A DNA stretch of 64,000 nucleotides from Chiloscyllium plagiosum (Eukaryota). This document shows, one piece after another, positions 49,871-63,259 of the stretch (positions within the stretch are counted from its first letter, which is position 1; each line of letters starts with the position of its first letter). Below the pieces are notes generated by a model. That model searched no databases. It was not told the DNA's origin and was given only the letters and a program-made list of their open reading frames with translations. The stretch spans positions 28,188,710 through 28,252,709 of the forward strand of contig NC_057719.1 in assembly GCF_004010195.1 (NCBI RefSeq). Reading direction: 5' to 3'. A program made the position numbers and the translations under genes.

Positions 49871-51545
49871 TGTCATTGTTTTTAATGTTTGGATTTTAGC
49901 TGTCATGAACACCATTGAACATATTTAGAGAGAATTATTTCATTATAATTTGGCAACGATGATCACAGCAATCAATCTGCAAAGAAGCCAAACAGAGTGA
50001 CACTGTATATCAGGCACTTAAAGGCTTTGCAGAAAAGTGCATGCTATAATTAAAAATGGAAAAAAATGTCATTCGTGCAAGCACCCACACAGCTATTCCA
50101 CCCACATATTTCTAAGGCAGACTGAGGTGCAGAGTGCTGTTGGTGAATCTTACTTGACTAACTTTGCAACAAAAAAAGTAATTCTTTATCTGAGAAACAA
50201 TGCAGGAAAGTTCAAGAACTATCAAGACTGAGCTGCACGACTCTGTCAAGCATGGCAAATTTGAGTGGGCAATTATTCAAACTAAAGGCACATCACGATT
50301 GTTTAACACTTGAGTGGAAACAAAAAGTGGACCACATGGTGGAAAAAAAATTAACAGACGTAAAAATGAGTAAATGTTTCCCCACAGAGTAAATGATCAA
50401 ATACTAACAAATACCACAAGAACGATCAGTTATTGCTTCAAATCACAGGTGGAAAATTGAACACTAGTGGTATGGCCGAAAATCAACACATGCACAGGAT
50501 CCAGTCACATGTCACACTCATTTCCTGGCATTAATATAAAATTGGGAAGAGATCTCATCCACAGAGTCCCATCAGTTTATTGAAAGTTATTGTATTGAAG
50601 CCATCTGACAGACATGCACATAGAGGTAATTCTTCAAAAGTAACATGTCAACATTCAAATTACTGCAAAGGTTGCAATGCTGTACTGATCTCCTCACAGA
50701 TGCTGAATTTACCACAAAACTGTCCTGTTCAGTGTCATAATGGGCTGTCTTTCCACTAGTGTAGTTTAGGATTCTTCAAAATGGTCTGAATTTGTTGAAC
50801 TCAAGATTGAGTCCTGATAGCTTTTAAGTGTCGAAGTGAAAAAATAGATGCTGTTGCTCCAGCTTGCAATCAAGTGGGCCACTTTGCCCTAGGTGGTAGC
50901 AAGCTTCTTGTCGGTTTTTGGCGCTGTGCTCATCCAGACAAGTGGGGAGTATTCTAACACACTCATGATACGTGCCTTGTAGATGGTGTACAGGTGATGG
51001 GGAGATAGGTGAGTTACTTGCTGAAGAACACTTCCTTTCTTGCATGGTCTTGTAGCCACAGTTTTTATACAGCTGTATTCATATGGCAGTATTGATATGG
51101 CAAGAGTAGAAACTAAATACAGTAACTATAGTGAAAATCATTAGGAAAAGTAATGAGGCCAAAAGCCCATAAATCCCATGGACCCGATGGGTTGCATTCT
51201 AGGATATTAAAAGGAAGTAGCTACAGAGATATTGGATGCACTGGTAATAATTTTCCAGGGATCTATATATTCTGGAAAAGTCTCAGGATTGGAAATTTCA
51301 CAATAAAATACCCTTCTTCAAAAAGGCAGGGAGACAAAAAAGGTAACTATAGGTCAGTCAGCTTTACATTTATCATCAGAAAAATGCTGAGTCTATTACA
51401 AAGGTTGTAATAGCAGAATATTAGAAATACTTTTTAGAATCAAAATCAACCAACATGGCTTCATGAAGGGGAAATCACATCTGACATATTTGCTAAAATT
51501 CTTTGAGGAGGTAACAAATAGGATAGTTAAAGGGGAAGCAGTGAA

Positions 51546-52530
51546 TAGAGTCAGAGATGTACAGCATAGAAACAGACTCTTCAGTCCAACTCATCCATGC
51601 CGACCAGATATCTTAACCTAATCTAATCCCATTTGCCTGCACTTGGCCCATATCCCTCTAAACCCTTCCTATTCATATACCCATCAAGATACCTTTTAAT
51701 TGCAGTAATTGCACCCGCCTTCACCACTTCCTCTGGCAGCTTATTCCATACAGACACCACTCTCTGCATGAAAAGATTGCCCTTTAGGTCTCTTTTATGT
51801 CTTTCCCCTCTCACCCTAAACCTATGCCCTCAACTTCTGGACTATCCCACCTCACAGAAAAGACCTTGCCTATTTATCCTATCCATACTCATCATGATTT
51901 TATAAACGTCTATAATGGTCACCCCTCAGCCTCCGATGCTCCAGGGAAAACAGCTCCAGCCTATTCAGCCTCTTCCTATAGCTCAAATCCTCCAACCGTG
52001 GCAAAATCCTTGAAAATCTTTTCTGAACTCTTTCAAGTTTCACATCATCCTTCAGATAGGAAGGAGACCAGAACTGCATCCAATATTCCAACAGTGGCCT
52101 AACCAATGTCCTGTATAGCTGCAACATGACGTCCCAACTCCTCTACTCAATGCACGACCGATAAAGGAAAGCATACCAAACACCTTCTTCACTATCCTAT
52201 CTACCTGCAACTCTACTTTCAAGGAATTACAAACCTGCACTCCAAGGACTCTTTGTTCAACAACACTTCCCAGGACCTTACCATTAAAAGGTACAAGGCC
52301 TACTCTAATTTACTTTTCCAAAATGCAGCACCTCACATTTACCTCACATTAAACTCCATCTGCCACTCTTCAGCCCATTGCCCCATTGCATCAAAATGCC
52401 ACTGTACCCGGAGGTAACTTTCTTCACTGTCCACTAGAGCTCCAATTTTGGTGTCATCTGCAAACTTACTAACTATACCTCTTATGTTCATATCCAAATC
52501 ATTTATATAAATAACTAAAAACAGTGGGCC
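51546..52530 (-). mobile_element. CR1 3' ~1 kb, nested
   Basis: ORFs 52339..52569 (YINDLD...KFADDTK), 51900..52127 and 51623..51814. Confidence 0.9.
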
Positions 52531-53029
52531 AAAGGACATAAAACTAAAGAATCTTGAAAAGGCATTCAATAAGATACCACAGATTTAGGTACTTAATAAG
52601 GGAAGAGCCCATAGTATTAGAATGGATAGATGATTGGCTAATGAATAGAAGACAGAGTTAGGAGAAGAGGGGCACTTTCAGAATGGCAATCTGTAACTAG
52701 TAGCATGTCACAGGGATCAGTGCTGGGGCCACAACCTTCATTAATGACAAGAATGAGGGAAGTGAATGTATAGTCACCTAGATTGCAGGTGACAAAAAAA
52801 AACAGACACGAAGGCATATCATGAAGATGACAGAGTCTGAAGAGAAATATCAACTGGTTAGGTGAATAGGCAAAAAAAAAACTTAACTGATGGAATATAA
52901 ATGAGATTATGCACTTTGGTAGATGGAATGGAGGAGCTGAGTATTATTAAATGGGGAGATGCCGCAGAAAGCTGCAGCACAGAGGGCTTTTGGGGTCTTG
53001 GTGCACACATTTCAAAAAGCTAGCAAAAA

Positions 53030-53452
53030 AGTTGCCAGGTTTGGAGGGTTTGAGCTATAGAGAGGCTGAATTTCCCTGGAGTGTCAGAGGCTGAGGGTAA
53101 CATTATTGGGGTTTATAAATTCATGAGGGCCATGGATAGGGTGAAGAGCAAAGGTCTTTTTTCCAGGGTGGGGGGGGGGGTCCAAAACTAGTGGCCATTG
53201 GTTTAAGATTAGAGGGGAAAGACTGAAAGAGTTCTTAAGATGCAACCTTTTCTACACAGAGGGTGATGCATGTATGGAATTAACTGCCAAAGAAGATGGG
53301 AGGCTGGTACAATTGCAACATTTAAAAGGCATATGGATGGCTATATGAATAGAAAGGGTTTAAGATGGATATGGGTCAAATGCTGGCAAATGGGACAGGA
53401 TTAGTTTAAGATATTTAGTCAGCATGGACAAAGAGTCTGTTTCTATGATTCT
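53030..53452 (+). mobile_element. CR1 3' end, nested
   Basis: ttggagggtttgagctatag...cacagagggtgatgcatgtatggaattaactgcc...ctatgattcta, like 37270-37698. Confidence 0.8.
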
Positions 53453-53489
53453 AAGTTAAGCTGGCAGTTAGGAAGGCAAATAGAACATT

Positions 53490-53793
53490 AAGACCATAAG
53501 ACATAGGAGTGGAAGTAAGGCCATTCGGCCCATCGAGTCCACTCCGCCATTCAATCATGGCTGATGCGCATTTCAGCTCCACTTACCAGCGTTCTCCCCG
53601 TAGCCCTTAATTCCTCTAGACAACAAGAATCTATCAATCTCGGCCTTGAAGACATTTAGCGTCCCGGCTTCCACTGCACTCCGTGGCAATGAATTCCACA
53701 GGCCCACCACTCTCTGGCTGAAGAAATGTCTCCGCATTTCTGTTCTGAAATGACCCCCTCTAATTCTAAGGCTGTGTCCACGGGTCCTAGTCC
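53490..53793 (-). mobile_element. Young CR1 3' end, nested
   Basis: ORF 53573..53797 (TRTRGHSLRIRGG...FFSQRVVGLWNSLP). CpGs are retained, and acatt flanks both sides (53485-53489, 53794-53798). Confidence 0.9.
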
Positions 53794-54409
53794 ACATTGT
53801 CCTTCACTGCAAAGCGAATGGAATATAAAAGGAGTGGGACCTTGCTAAAACTATATAAGGCACTAGTCAGACGACAGCAGGAATAGTATGACAGTTTTTG
53901 GCATTAAGGTGTATTGATTTGGGGACAGTCGATGGTGTTACCATCACTGAATCCCCCACTATCAATATCCTGAGTATGAAGGGACTGTCATCTAAGGATA
54001 GGTCAAATTGATTGGGTGGGTCTTACTGGTATTGAGAAGGAGTGGAGTCCTTATTGAAGGATAGACGACTCTCAGGGGGTTGACAGGGTAGATACAGAGT
54101 AGTAGTTTCCCCTGGTGGAAGTGTATAGAACCAGAGGACATAATCTCATAGTAAGGCATTAGGACAGAGATGAGGAGGAACTTACTATGTCAGTGGTAAT
54201 AAATGTGGAATTCTTTACCAGAGGGCTTTAGGTTATTAGAAGTATTCGGGTTTTAAAAGGAGGAGATAGACAGATTTTTAATCAGTAAGGGAATCAAAGG
54301 TTATCGGGAAAATGCAAGAAAGTTGGAGTTGATTATCAAATCAGCCATAATTTCATTAAATGGTGGAGCAGACTTGATGGGCAGAGTGGCCTACTTCTGC
54401 TATATCTTT

Positions 54410-54860
54410 TGCCTGCTTCAGTTTAACTGCTGGTCAATGGTAACCCACAGATTGTGGGTTGTCTGGGATTCAGAGATAGTTATGCCATTGAACATCAAGG
54501 GGAGATTGTTAGATTCTCTCTTGTGAAAATGATCATTGCCTGGCACCCATGTGGCATGAATGTTATTTTCCACTTCTCAGCCCACATCTGGATGTTGTCC
54601 AGATCTTGCTGCCTTTGGAAACAGACTGTTGAGTGCCTGAAGACTGGTTAATGGTGCTTGCACGCACATCTGAAAATTCTTCACTTCTGACCATGCAATG
54701 GAGGGGAGATCACTGATGAAGAAGCAGAAAATGGGCCTATGACACTCCTGAAGAACTTTTGCTTTGATCCTTTGTGATTTAGTGAATTGACCTCCAATAA
54801 TCCAGCCAATATCATTTGAGCTAGGTAGGACTCCATCCAATAGAGACCAAATCGACAAAT
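54410..54860 (-). mobile_element. RT-region fragment of the LINE family at 42274-45207
   Basis: tggatgttgtccagatcttg (54589) matches 42894; ORF 54577..54903 contains FISDLPSIAWSEV. Confidence 0.6.
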
Positions 54861-54869
54861 GTCTCATTG

Positions 54870-55018
54870 TGTGGAGGAGCCAGTGTTGGATCAGGGTGGA
54901 CAAAGTTAAAAATCACACAACACCAGGTTATAGTCCAATAGGTTTATTTGGAAGCACTAACTTTCAGAGTGCTGCTCCTTCATCAGGTGATAGTGGAGTA
55001 TAAGATCGCAAGACACAG
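54870..55018 (-). mobile_element. PLE-type terminal repeat, family B, decayed HHR at 54955-54989
   Basis: Matches 11883-12030. The minus strand reads cacCTGATGAaggagcagcactctGAAAgttagtg, with a mismatched stem II. Confidence 0.75.
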
Positions 55019-56979
55019 ATCACGTCACATCAGTATCTGAGAAGTGGCAAATGATACAGACCATTCCGCATTCAATAGTGAACATACCCACTTCTGAAGA
55101 AATGTCATAAAATTATGATCATTTTAAATCAAACCATGATTGCAGGTCAAGGAAATTAGTTAGAAATGGTGCAATGGAATGTTAGGAAGGCACCTCTCAG
55201 GGAATAGTACCACATGTTACAACACAAAGCAAAGCCAATCAGTGAGAGATAGGACTGGAACTTGGAACAACGAAGTGTAATCTGATGGAAACAACCAATA
55301 TCTGAAGGAACTCGACTGGGATAAACTGAGAGGTTGTTACCTCTCTGCCTTGGGAGATCTACAGCATTGTGTGGATTCATAGTGAGCAAGGACAGCACTC
55401 AGATTCCATAATGCCACCCTGAATTGCTGCTGGAGGCAGTCAAAGGCAAACTTTTCTCTAATGATGGAACAAAAAAAAACAAACCCTTGCTGCTGTCAGA
55501 TGGTTGAAGAGGTGAACCAGAATATTATGTCCTGGTTTGGAATACTGTAAAAGTAGCTTCATGATTTAACCAGGTCAGGAAAAGTTTCCACATTTGCTGA
55601 TTCATCGACGTTCTGTGGTGTAAGCCCCAAGCCCCTTGCACACTTTTCCCAAGCATTCTCAATTGCATCACCCCTCACAGCCATTTAATATACACTATGC
55701 CCTTCACATATCCATTCCCCTTCACGGTCACTCACATTTACACTTAAACTTGTCTAGTTGTCATATTCATTAATTGTACTTTAGGTGATTGTGTAACTTA
55801 CAGTTCTTGCCTCCCCCTCCGTCTTGCAGTGGAGAGCAAATACAAAGGAGAGGTTTCCATAAATTCTACAGCTCACAGATACAAAGGAAGAGCTCACAGA
55901 GAATAAACAACACGTTGATGTGCCTCCCAATCAGTGATGGAGATTGTAGGAACATCCAAGTAATTGCATTAATAATATCCTTGATAGGCACACCGGATTT
56001 ATTCTATCACTGACTGAATGATGAAAAGCCGAGTAACGTCAAGATTGTTACTTTTCTACAGCAAATTTGTATCTTCTTTTATCTGCTAGGAACATAGAGC
56101 AAGTAGAGCAAAGAGTGTGCAGACATGTCAATAGTAATTGCTCAAAAGGCCTCATTTCTACAGAGGGTGCACAATCACAGAACCTCCAGCCTTGCACTAG
56201 CATAGATGCTTCCACTTCTGTTGCTCCAGTTAGACTGTTTTTTGGGTTTTCACTTGCTGGTTTGCAATTCAGAAGTGAGCAAGGGTGCATACTGCTATCA
56301 GAATCTGTAAACCTCCACAAAAGAAACACAATCCAGAAAGTAGATAATAGAGTAGAATAGGAACTTTATGGGGTATAAATAAAGGCAATCTGCCCACTTG
56401 CCACTCACTCCAACAAGCTGCATTCACTTTCAAACACTCATGGTTGCTTCCACAAATTTAGCAAGCTTCACCAAACTTTCAAATGCTTGGTTCCTGCCCA
56501 ATAAAATTAATTGAGTGGTTAGTCTGCAACCAAGACAAATCCAACTTACAGATTTGATCTCACCTGAAGCATTAATAAATTCCCAATGTCATTAAACACA
56601 ACCAATGCCAAACTTTTCAGGTTGGGCAAACTGGCAAACAACAGAAGAGACAGATGTAAGAGAGCTCCAAACATAATAAAGACATGGCTTCCTGTTGGCT
56701 AAGTAATGCAACAGGACAGGTTGAAGTTGAGGGAGGCCAACTTGTGCTGAAGATGGAGGAGCAGTTTCATGGGGAGGGTGGAGATGGAGGTTTAGTGAGT
56801 ATGGTATGAATTGAGCTCACAGGGTGATTGCAAACACAGATTGGGTGGAGAGGTGAAAAGAATTCAGTGATTGTGGGCAGCAATTGTTCAGTGCTCAGGA
56901 TGGGAAGCTGATTAACTTGGGGAGATGGCACAAATTGCTAATTCATCTCTTGACCCACAAGCAATGCTAGAAAACCATG

Positions 56980-57144
56980 ATGTGGAGGAGCCGGTGTTGG
57001 ACTGGGGTGGACAAAGTTAAAAATCATACAACACCAGATTATAGCCCTCAGGTTTATTTTGATGCACTGGCTTTCCGAAAAGCTGGTGCTTCCAAATAAC
57101 CCTGTTGGATTATAACCTGGTGTGTGATTTTTAAACTTTGCCTG
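56980..57144. mobile_element. Fold-back mini-element, family B
   Basis: 57012-57075 is the reverse complement of about 57077-57140. Flanks are agaaaaccatg (56969-56979) and agaaaatcatg (57145-57155). Confidence 0.85.
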
Positions 57145-58479
57145 AGAAAATCATGTAAACTTTCCACACAATGATCCTCACCTTCCAGGATTCCCACAAC
57201 TGGCCAGGGGTAACCCAAAATGCAGGCCATGCACAAACCTCATTAAAATATTCAAATGACCAGTACTCCCCATTGGAACAGTTTGGTTGCACGCTGACTA
57301 TTAATGCTAGAAATCCAAATCTCTCCAATTTTGGAAACTACAAATTTCCTTCAAATTGTTAAAGCTGGATTATGTTACAATATGGCAAAGTTTTCCCAAA
57401 TATATCTGCAGGTCTACAAGCAATGGTTCACTAAGGAGCTTAGGAGAGGATCATTATTTAAAGAAAACTATGGAATTATTATCAGTCATGAAGCTAAGAT
57501 TTGGAATAAGGAAAAATATTGGGGATTCAATTTGATGCCTTCTTTATGATCTAATTACCTTGGCCATTTGCTGTCTTACCTAGCTAGTCAAGAGCAAAAA
57601 ACCAGTAGCCATTGAAGCTTTTCACTGCATACAAACATTGCAAAGATTTGAGATATTCAGCAACTTAGAATAATCAATGATTATATCATCATCCCAACAC
57701 ATACAAGTGCAAAGCCAACCAAAGAAAAGGGATGCAATGTCTCCCCTAATAAATGCATTTCTTTTGTGGACATGCTAAAAATATCCTCTATCTGGCTGCA
57801 ATGTATCATGTATAAAAGACTGGGCTGTGAGTTTGTATATTCTTATTTATTGAGCAACCAGCAAGTGCTTTTACAGCAATTTTCCAAAAAAGTGACACTG
57901 ACCACATCAGCCTCCCTGAACACACCTACCCACACAATTCATACATATTCATGCCATAACAATATGTGGTTCCAAGGACTTGCAAGCAACATAGTTTTGG
58001 GCTCATGTTTCGACGTGAATAGATAGGATCTACAATTATTAATACAAATGGAACTCTTTAGTCATTTGCCTACAAACCTGTGGTTCACTGGAGCCAAAAA
58101 CAGAACGTTCCTAATCAAAACATTTGAGTTTAAAACTACAGAGCAATTTTAGGTTAAATGAAACAAATATTTCAAGTAAACAAGAAAAGTTCATAACACT
58201 CTTCAAAGTATAATTATGAAAGGTGTCAACATGTGAATTTGCTACATTGAGGATTTCCTCCAGTTTGAAATTCCACTTATAACTAACTGTCTGTGCAGGG
58301 CAGGATTTGCTTCCTGCTGCAGCACATTAGCTTTCCACAACAAGGAAAGTTGTTCAATATAGTGCAAGGGAGTTGCAATATATACACTAATGGCAACATG
58401 TCTGAAAGCAAAAATATGATTAAGAACAATCAGCTGGCAAAAATATTCAAAATTTGGAAATAGAGTTTATGGTTTAGCT

Positions 58480-59400
58480 TTGTTAAACTCAATGTTGATT
58501 CCAGAAGGCTGTAAAGTACCTAGTTGGGAGATATAGTTGCTGTTCCTTGAGCTTGTACTGAGCTTCTCTGGAACACTGCAGTAAGTCAAGGGTATATTTT
58601 AGGCGATTCAGCAATCAACCAGAGCATCACAGAACGAGGAACCCTTCAAATGCCGATGCAGGAGAGGAAGATCGGTTTGACTGTGGCATCATGCTGCAGA
58701 TGGCGGAAATGGCAGATGATGATCCTTTGAAAGTGTTGGCTGAGGGTGAGGAAAGTGAGAACATGGGGAATCCCATTTTTCTTCTGAGGGGAAGGAGTAG
58801 GGCAAGAACAGAGAGTGGAAAACAAGTTGAACACAGAGGAAGGCCCTGTAAATCACAATAGGGGATGGCGTTCTGTGGAGGGAAAAAGGAAAATATGTCA
58901 GAAGTGCTGTTGAGGAAGGATGCATCAGAGCAGATGCAGAGAAGGAAAATGGGGAGTCCTTGCAGGCAACGGGATGTGAGGAAGGGTAAAACAAAAAAGG
59001 AGATATGGAATTTTGTAGGTTTACAATATTTACAAACCTATCGCCAAAAAAGAAGATGGACAAGTCATGGGAGGGAAGGGAAGTGTCATAGAGTGGACCA
59101 GCTGAAGATGGGAGAAGGGTGACAATTTGAAGCAAGGTTGAAGTAGTATTTAAGCTTGAGCAGATGTTGGCATCAATGAAATCAAAGTATGGAAAAAGGT
59201 TTCAGGCAGAGGTACCCAAGTCAGACTGCAACAATGAACTTCCACAAAGCCATAAAAAGGCAGATATAGATATGATTCATGTGAGGACCCATAGCAACCA
59301 TTTATTTGGAGGGAGCGAGACAGACTAAAGGAGAAATTGTCCAATGAGAGAACAGGTTTAGTTGGGTAGGGCTGGATGAGGACTGGTTGTTCAAATGACA
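58480..59400 (-). mobile_element. Old PLE ORF fragment
   Basis: ORF 58646..58834 (IPHVLTFLTLSQHFQRIIICHFRHLQHD) aligns with PLVLTFHPTNHRIHRIIFRHFRHLQTD of the PLE at 27982. Confidence 0.75.
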
Positions 59401-59963
59401 AAGACCATCTGGATTTCGTTAAACTTAACCCCCATTTAGGAATCTCTCAGGTGGAAAAAAATTGAAACGCTGTAAGCATTTCTAATCAAATACTCTATTA
59501 GTTTGCCAAAAAAATCAAAATTCTTTAGGGAGCTTTTTATATCTCTCTGCTTTATCTCAAAGCTCTTCACACACAAGCTTGAAAAGCACCGACTTGTTTT
59601 ATGTCCCACTTGTTTCTGTTGCAAGAAACAATCTTTTTGGTCTCTTCAATAATGATCCACTGAGCTGCCTCAATTTCCACAGCCTGTTCCCACCAACTGT
59701 TCTCAGTCCACCCTGTATCTCAAATCCTCTACAGCATCTCCTGTATCTCTACTGCAGTCCTTAACTCTTCCAGCTTATCCACTTCACATTCTCTTGGCCT
59801 AACTATTTCTCCTTGACCCAATGCTGCCCAATTTTGTTAACTTCTCCCTTTCCTCTGGCATAGTTTCCCTTATGAAAATTGTGATCACCGCCCTACACTT
59901 AATCCTACCATCCTTCTCAAAATATCTCCCTCATCTCCAGCGTCTTTTTTCTTCTCAAAAAGA

Positions 59964-60122
59964 AGAGTGTCATGGAGTCATACAGCATGGAAACAGAACT
60001 TTTGGTCCAATTAGTCCACGCCAACCATGTTCCCAAACTAAACTAGTCTCATTTGCCTGTATTTGGCCTATTTTCCTCCAAACCTTTCCTGTTCATGTCC
60101 TTATCAAAATGTCCTTTAAAGG
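59964..60122 (-). mobile_element. CR1 3' tail
   Basis: catggagtcatacagcatggaaacag...aaactaaactagtctcatttgcctg, like 48510-48670. Confidence 0.75.
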
Positions 60123-63100
60123 TTACGAATTATTGTCACCAACCACTTTCATGCCTACATGTCCCTGTTTTAATCCCTTCCAGTGAATGTCACTAATGAC
60201 ATTCTATATAATGTGACCATCATGTGTTATTCCTCTCCTTTCCTTCAACTTTCTTACACTTTGGAAACAGTCCATCACATCATCCTTCAAAACTGAGATC
60301 TGTGTGACAATACATTCTCATAATTCTATCGTACACGATATACACTACGTCACCTGCAATGATTTCTTTCTAAATGGTCACCTCTAGTGTGTCAAAGTGT
60401 CATATTTGACATATATTATTCTTCACGTGTATGTGCCTCCATAGATGTATCTCTCTAAACCAGAGACTGAAGAGCTTAAAAGTATCATTATTCAAATTCA
60501 TACAAAGTTTAATATTCTAAAATAGCTAAAATGCTATTACCTAAATGCCATGAATAATTCAATACAAGGGAGGCAATTTTCAACAACATTTAAAGGTTTT
60601 TTTTCAAAAAATGATGTTAATTGAATGAAACATTTGCAGAAGTATAATGTTAATAAACGTTTGGAAAAAAAATTAATTATCAGAATGATAATCAAGGATG
60701 GGAGTCATTAATGATCTAACCATTTTACTTACAAACATTGAAGTATTATTGTTCCATGACTGCCTCCATCTTCCATTTGGCATCACATTATGTGACTTTG
60801 GGTCTAATCCCATAATAGAGAAGATGAAACATTTTCTAACCGAAAATTAGCGACATGAAAGAGAACCCATTTGTGCCCCTGCAAAAACTGCATTCCCTGG
60901 ATCCATTTTGCTTCTGTGTAAACTGAACCAAACTCAACCCAACTCAACCACAACCACATCAACCCTGTGCTGGGCTTAATAACTGACATATATTCCATTT
61001 ACAAGGCTGCCACTACTATCTCAATGCTGCCAACTCCAGTTCTACCTCGTTGCATATATTAAATCCCCATCTTAACCATCGTCACTTCCGATCCCCACTT
61101 TTCCAATGCCCCTTTACTGACTTGCTAAGCCCCAGCCCACATTAACTTTAACTCATACAGAAGCAGACTACCCACAATCTATTGCTACCTTACCACACCA
61201 CCCAGAATAAAATATCATACACCTATTGGATAGGCCAAGCATTGAAACACATGAAAGGAATTAAATTGTGCTATTTATCCTGTAGGTACTTCTTTTTCCA
61301 GCATAAGTGGTGGTTAAGACTTGTCCATTCAGATGATGTGATCTTTTTAAAAAATTCACTAAATCTTAACTGCTGTCACACAAGCTCAAAAAAAAGTGAA
61401 TGTGGTGTTCAATTGCAGAATTTCATTCCTTCAGATTGTACTTACTGTTCATGATCTTTTCAAAATTATTAAAATTTAATAAAAATGCTTCTAAATTTTT
61501 CTTTGTCTCTTATTTTGTTTTCTCACATTTCCTTATTTATTTCCCTCCCTTTACTTTGCTTTCACTGCATGGTTTTACAGTTTCACGTTCATTTCCTGGT
61601 TTAAAATTCCACTTGCCTCTGACTGATAGAAGAAAGATTTTGTTGTTGCTTGTCCTGTCCACAGACTGCCTGCAGAGAATACCATGCAATCACAGACTCC
61701 TGCGCAGTAGCCCAAAGATAAATTCTATGGCATTTATTATCATGAAACAAAAAAAAAATCAAACCTGCAAATTCTAGGTCAATATCTTCAAATGTTAGAG
61801 CAGGGCATGCACCTCAAAAAAGGTTATACTGCAGGGGGTTGAGCAAAATTACATTGTCTGGTTTTAAAAACACAGACTAACAAACAGTTCCTGCTGAGCA
61901 AATTTATTAACAATGCATATGGAGAATGGAACCTCGTGTTAGATGGCATTGAGTCATGCCATCTGCTGCCAAACTTCAAACAACCCAATCAAAAATGAAA
62001 CTATATTGTATACACTTAAATATCGTGAAACTCCTAACAGTGATTACAGTTCATTGTTTCTAACAACGGAAATCCGTGAAAACATTCTTCAGTCCTGAAT
62101 AATAAAACTGTTTATCACCCTGACAAAAATATATTCTGATTCATACAACATATCAAAAAGATGACAGTCTCTAGAAAATAACAATAATTTTCTTGGGGAA
62201 AAAGCTGGGTGAATTTTGTTTGTGCTCTCTCACTGGGGAATCTGTGCTCAAAGGTTTCCTTACAATTGTTACAATCCATATCAGCGTTGAGCACTCATTT
62301 GCTTAAAGCCTCATAGGTTTCCTCTGATTTTCTCATCTACTAGTGCACAGTATGCAAAACCATCCAGACATCTTGCCAAAACAATCAATCAATCTTTGTA
62401 TGTTTGCTTTGGACAGTAAATGTAGCAGTCAGTGCAACTCAAAGAGAAAGGGACACAATAGTCAAACCAAGTCTTCTATTCATTCAGTCACCAGTCACAC
62501 GTTTTTCCTTGCCCTGTATCAGCAGAGATCAGCTAATTTAGCAAGGCTCTGTGTTTGAACCCAACGGGAGAATCTCATGCCCTCCCCTCCAATGGGTTTG
62601 GTGATGGATCACAATTTAATCTGGCAGGAGAGGGACAGGTAGGGACCCCTGCCATCTCCCTGCCTCCACTTTGATTAAGTCAAATGGTTGAGGGCAGTTA
62701 ATGCCTCATGCCACCATGTCATGTGTTAACTCAACTGAGGACTCAACATGTGGTAAGTACAACAAGCAAACCCATGGGGTGGGTGGGTAGCCCTTTGTTG
62801 AAACGGACAAGAGACTCAGCACTGGGGAGAGGGCTTCCACTGAGAGTCACCCCGCAGCTTTGCCATCAACCTATCTCAGCACTCCAGCAGCAGCCACGCA
62901 CAATCCACTCCCCACCACTCACTTCTGGCCTTATATCCAGTGCTGATCCCAGGTCTCTGTCGTATTGGCAGTGTCACCACCTCCACACTGGTACTGCCAC
63001 TCAATACAGCTGTCACTCAATGATGGCTTGATTAGTGGGGAGGAAAGAGGATTTTCCCCTCAGGACCCTTGATCCCGAGGGAAAACCTATTCCTGCTCTG

Positions 63101-63259
63101 ACAAATTCTGTGTAGAACAAAATACCTTCCTCAAAGAAAGAAAAAAAACAAAGAGGTGAGGGGTTTTGGCTGGCTGTCCAACCCACAACTGAAGTTGCCT
63201 CAGAGAGATATTTTGGGTTAAATAGCCACCATCACAAAACATGGGTCATTTGTTGAATG

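Larger units (their letters stand above)
51090..54410 (+). mobile_element. Old CR1 ORF2 and 3' UTR carrying at least three nested younger CR1 insertions
   Basis: Host pieces at about 51090-51545 (KSHGPDGLHSRILK), 52530-53030, 53452-53489 and 53794-54410 are collinear with the CR1 at 19300-20840. Confidence 0.8.

Noticed and set aside
56048..56360. ORFs of about 95 aa on both strands with splice-like signals
   Set aside because: Neither peptide is recognisable, and the two strands are equally and weakly supported.
62540..63200. GC-richer segment that may be an old interspersed repeat (similar feel at 1-360 and 11290-11450)
   Set aside because: I could not define ends, a TSD or a convincing alignment by eye, so it is left unclassified.
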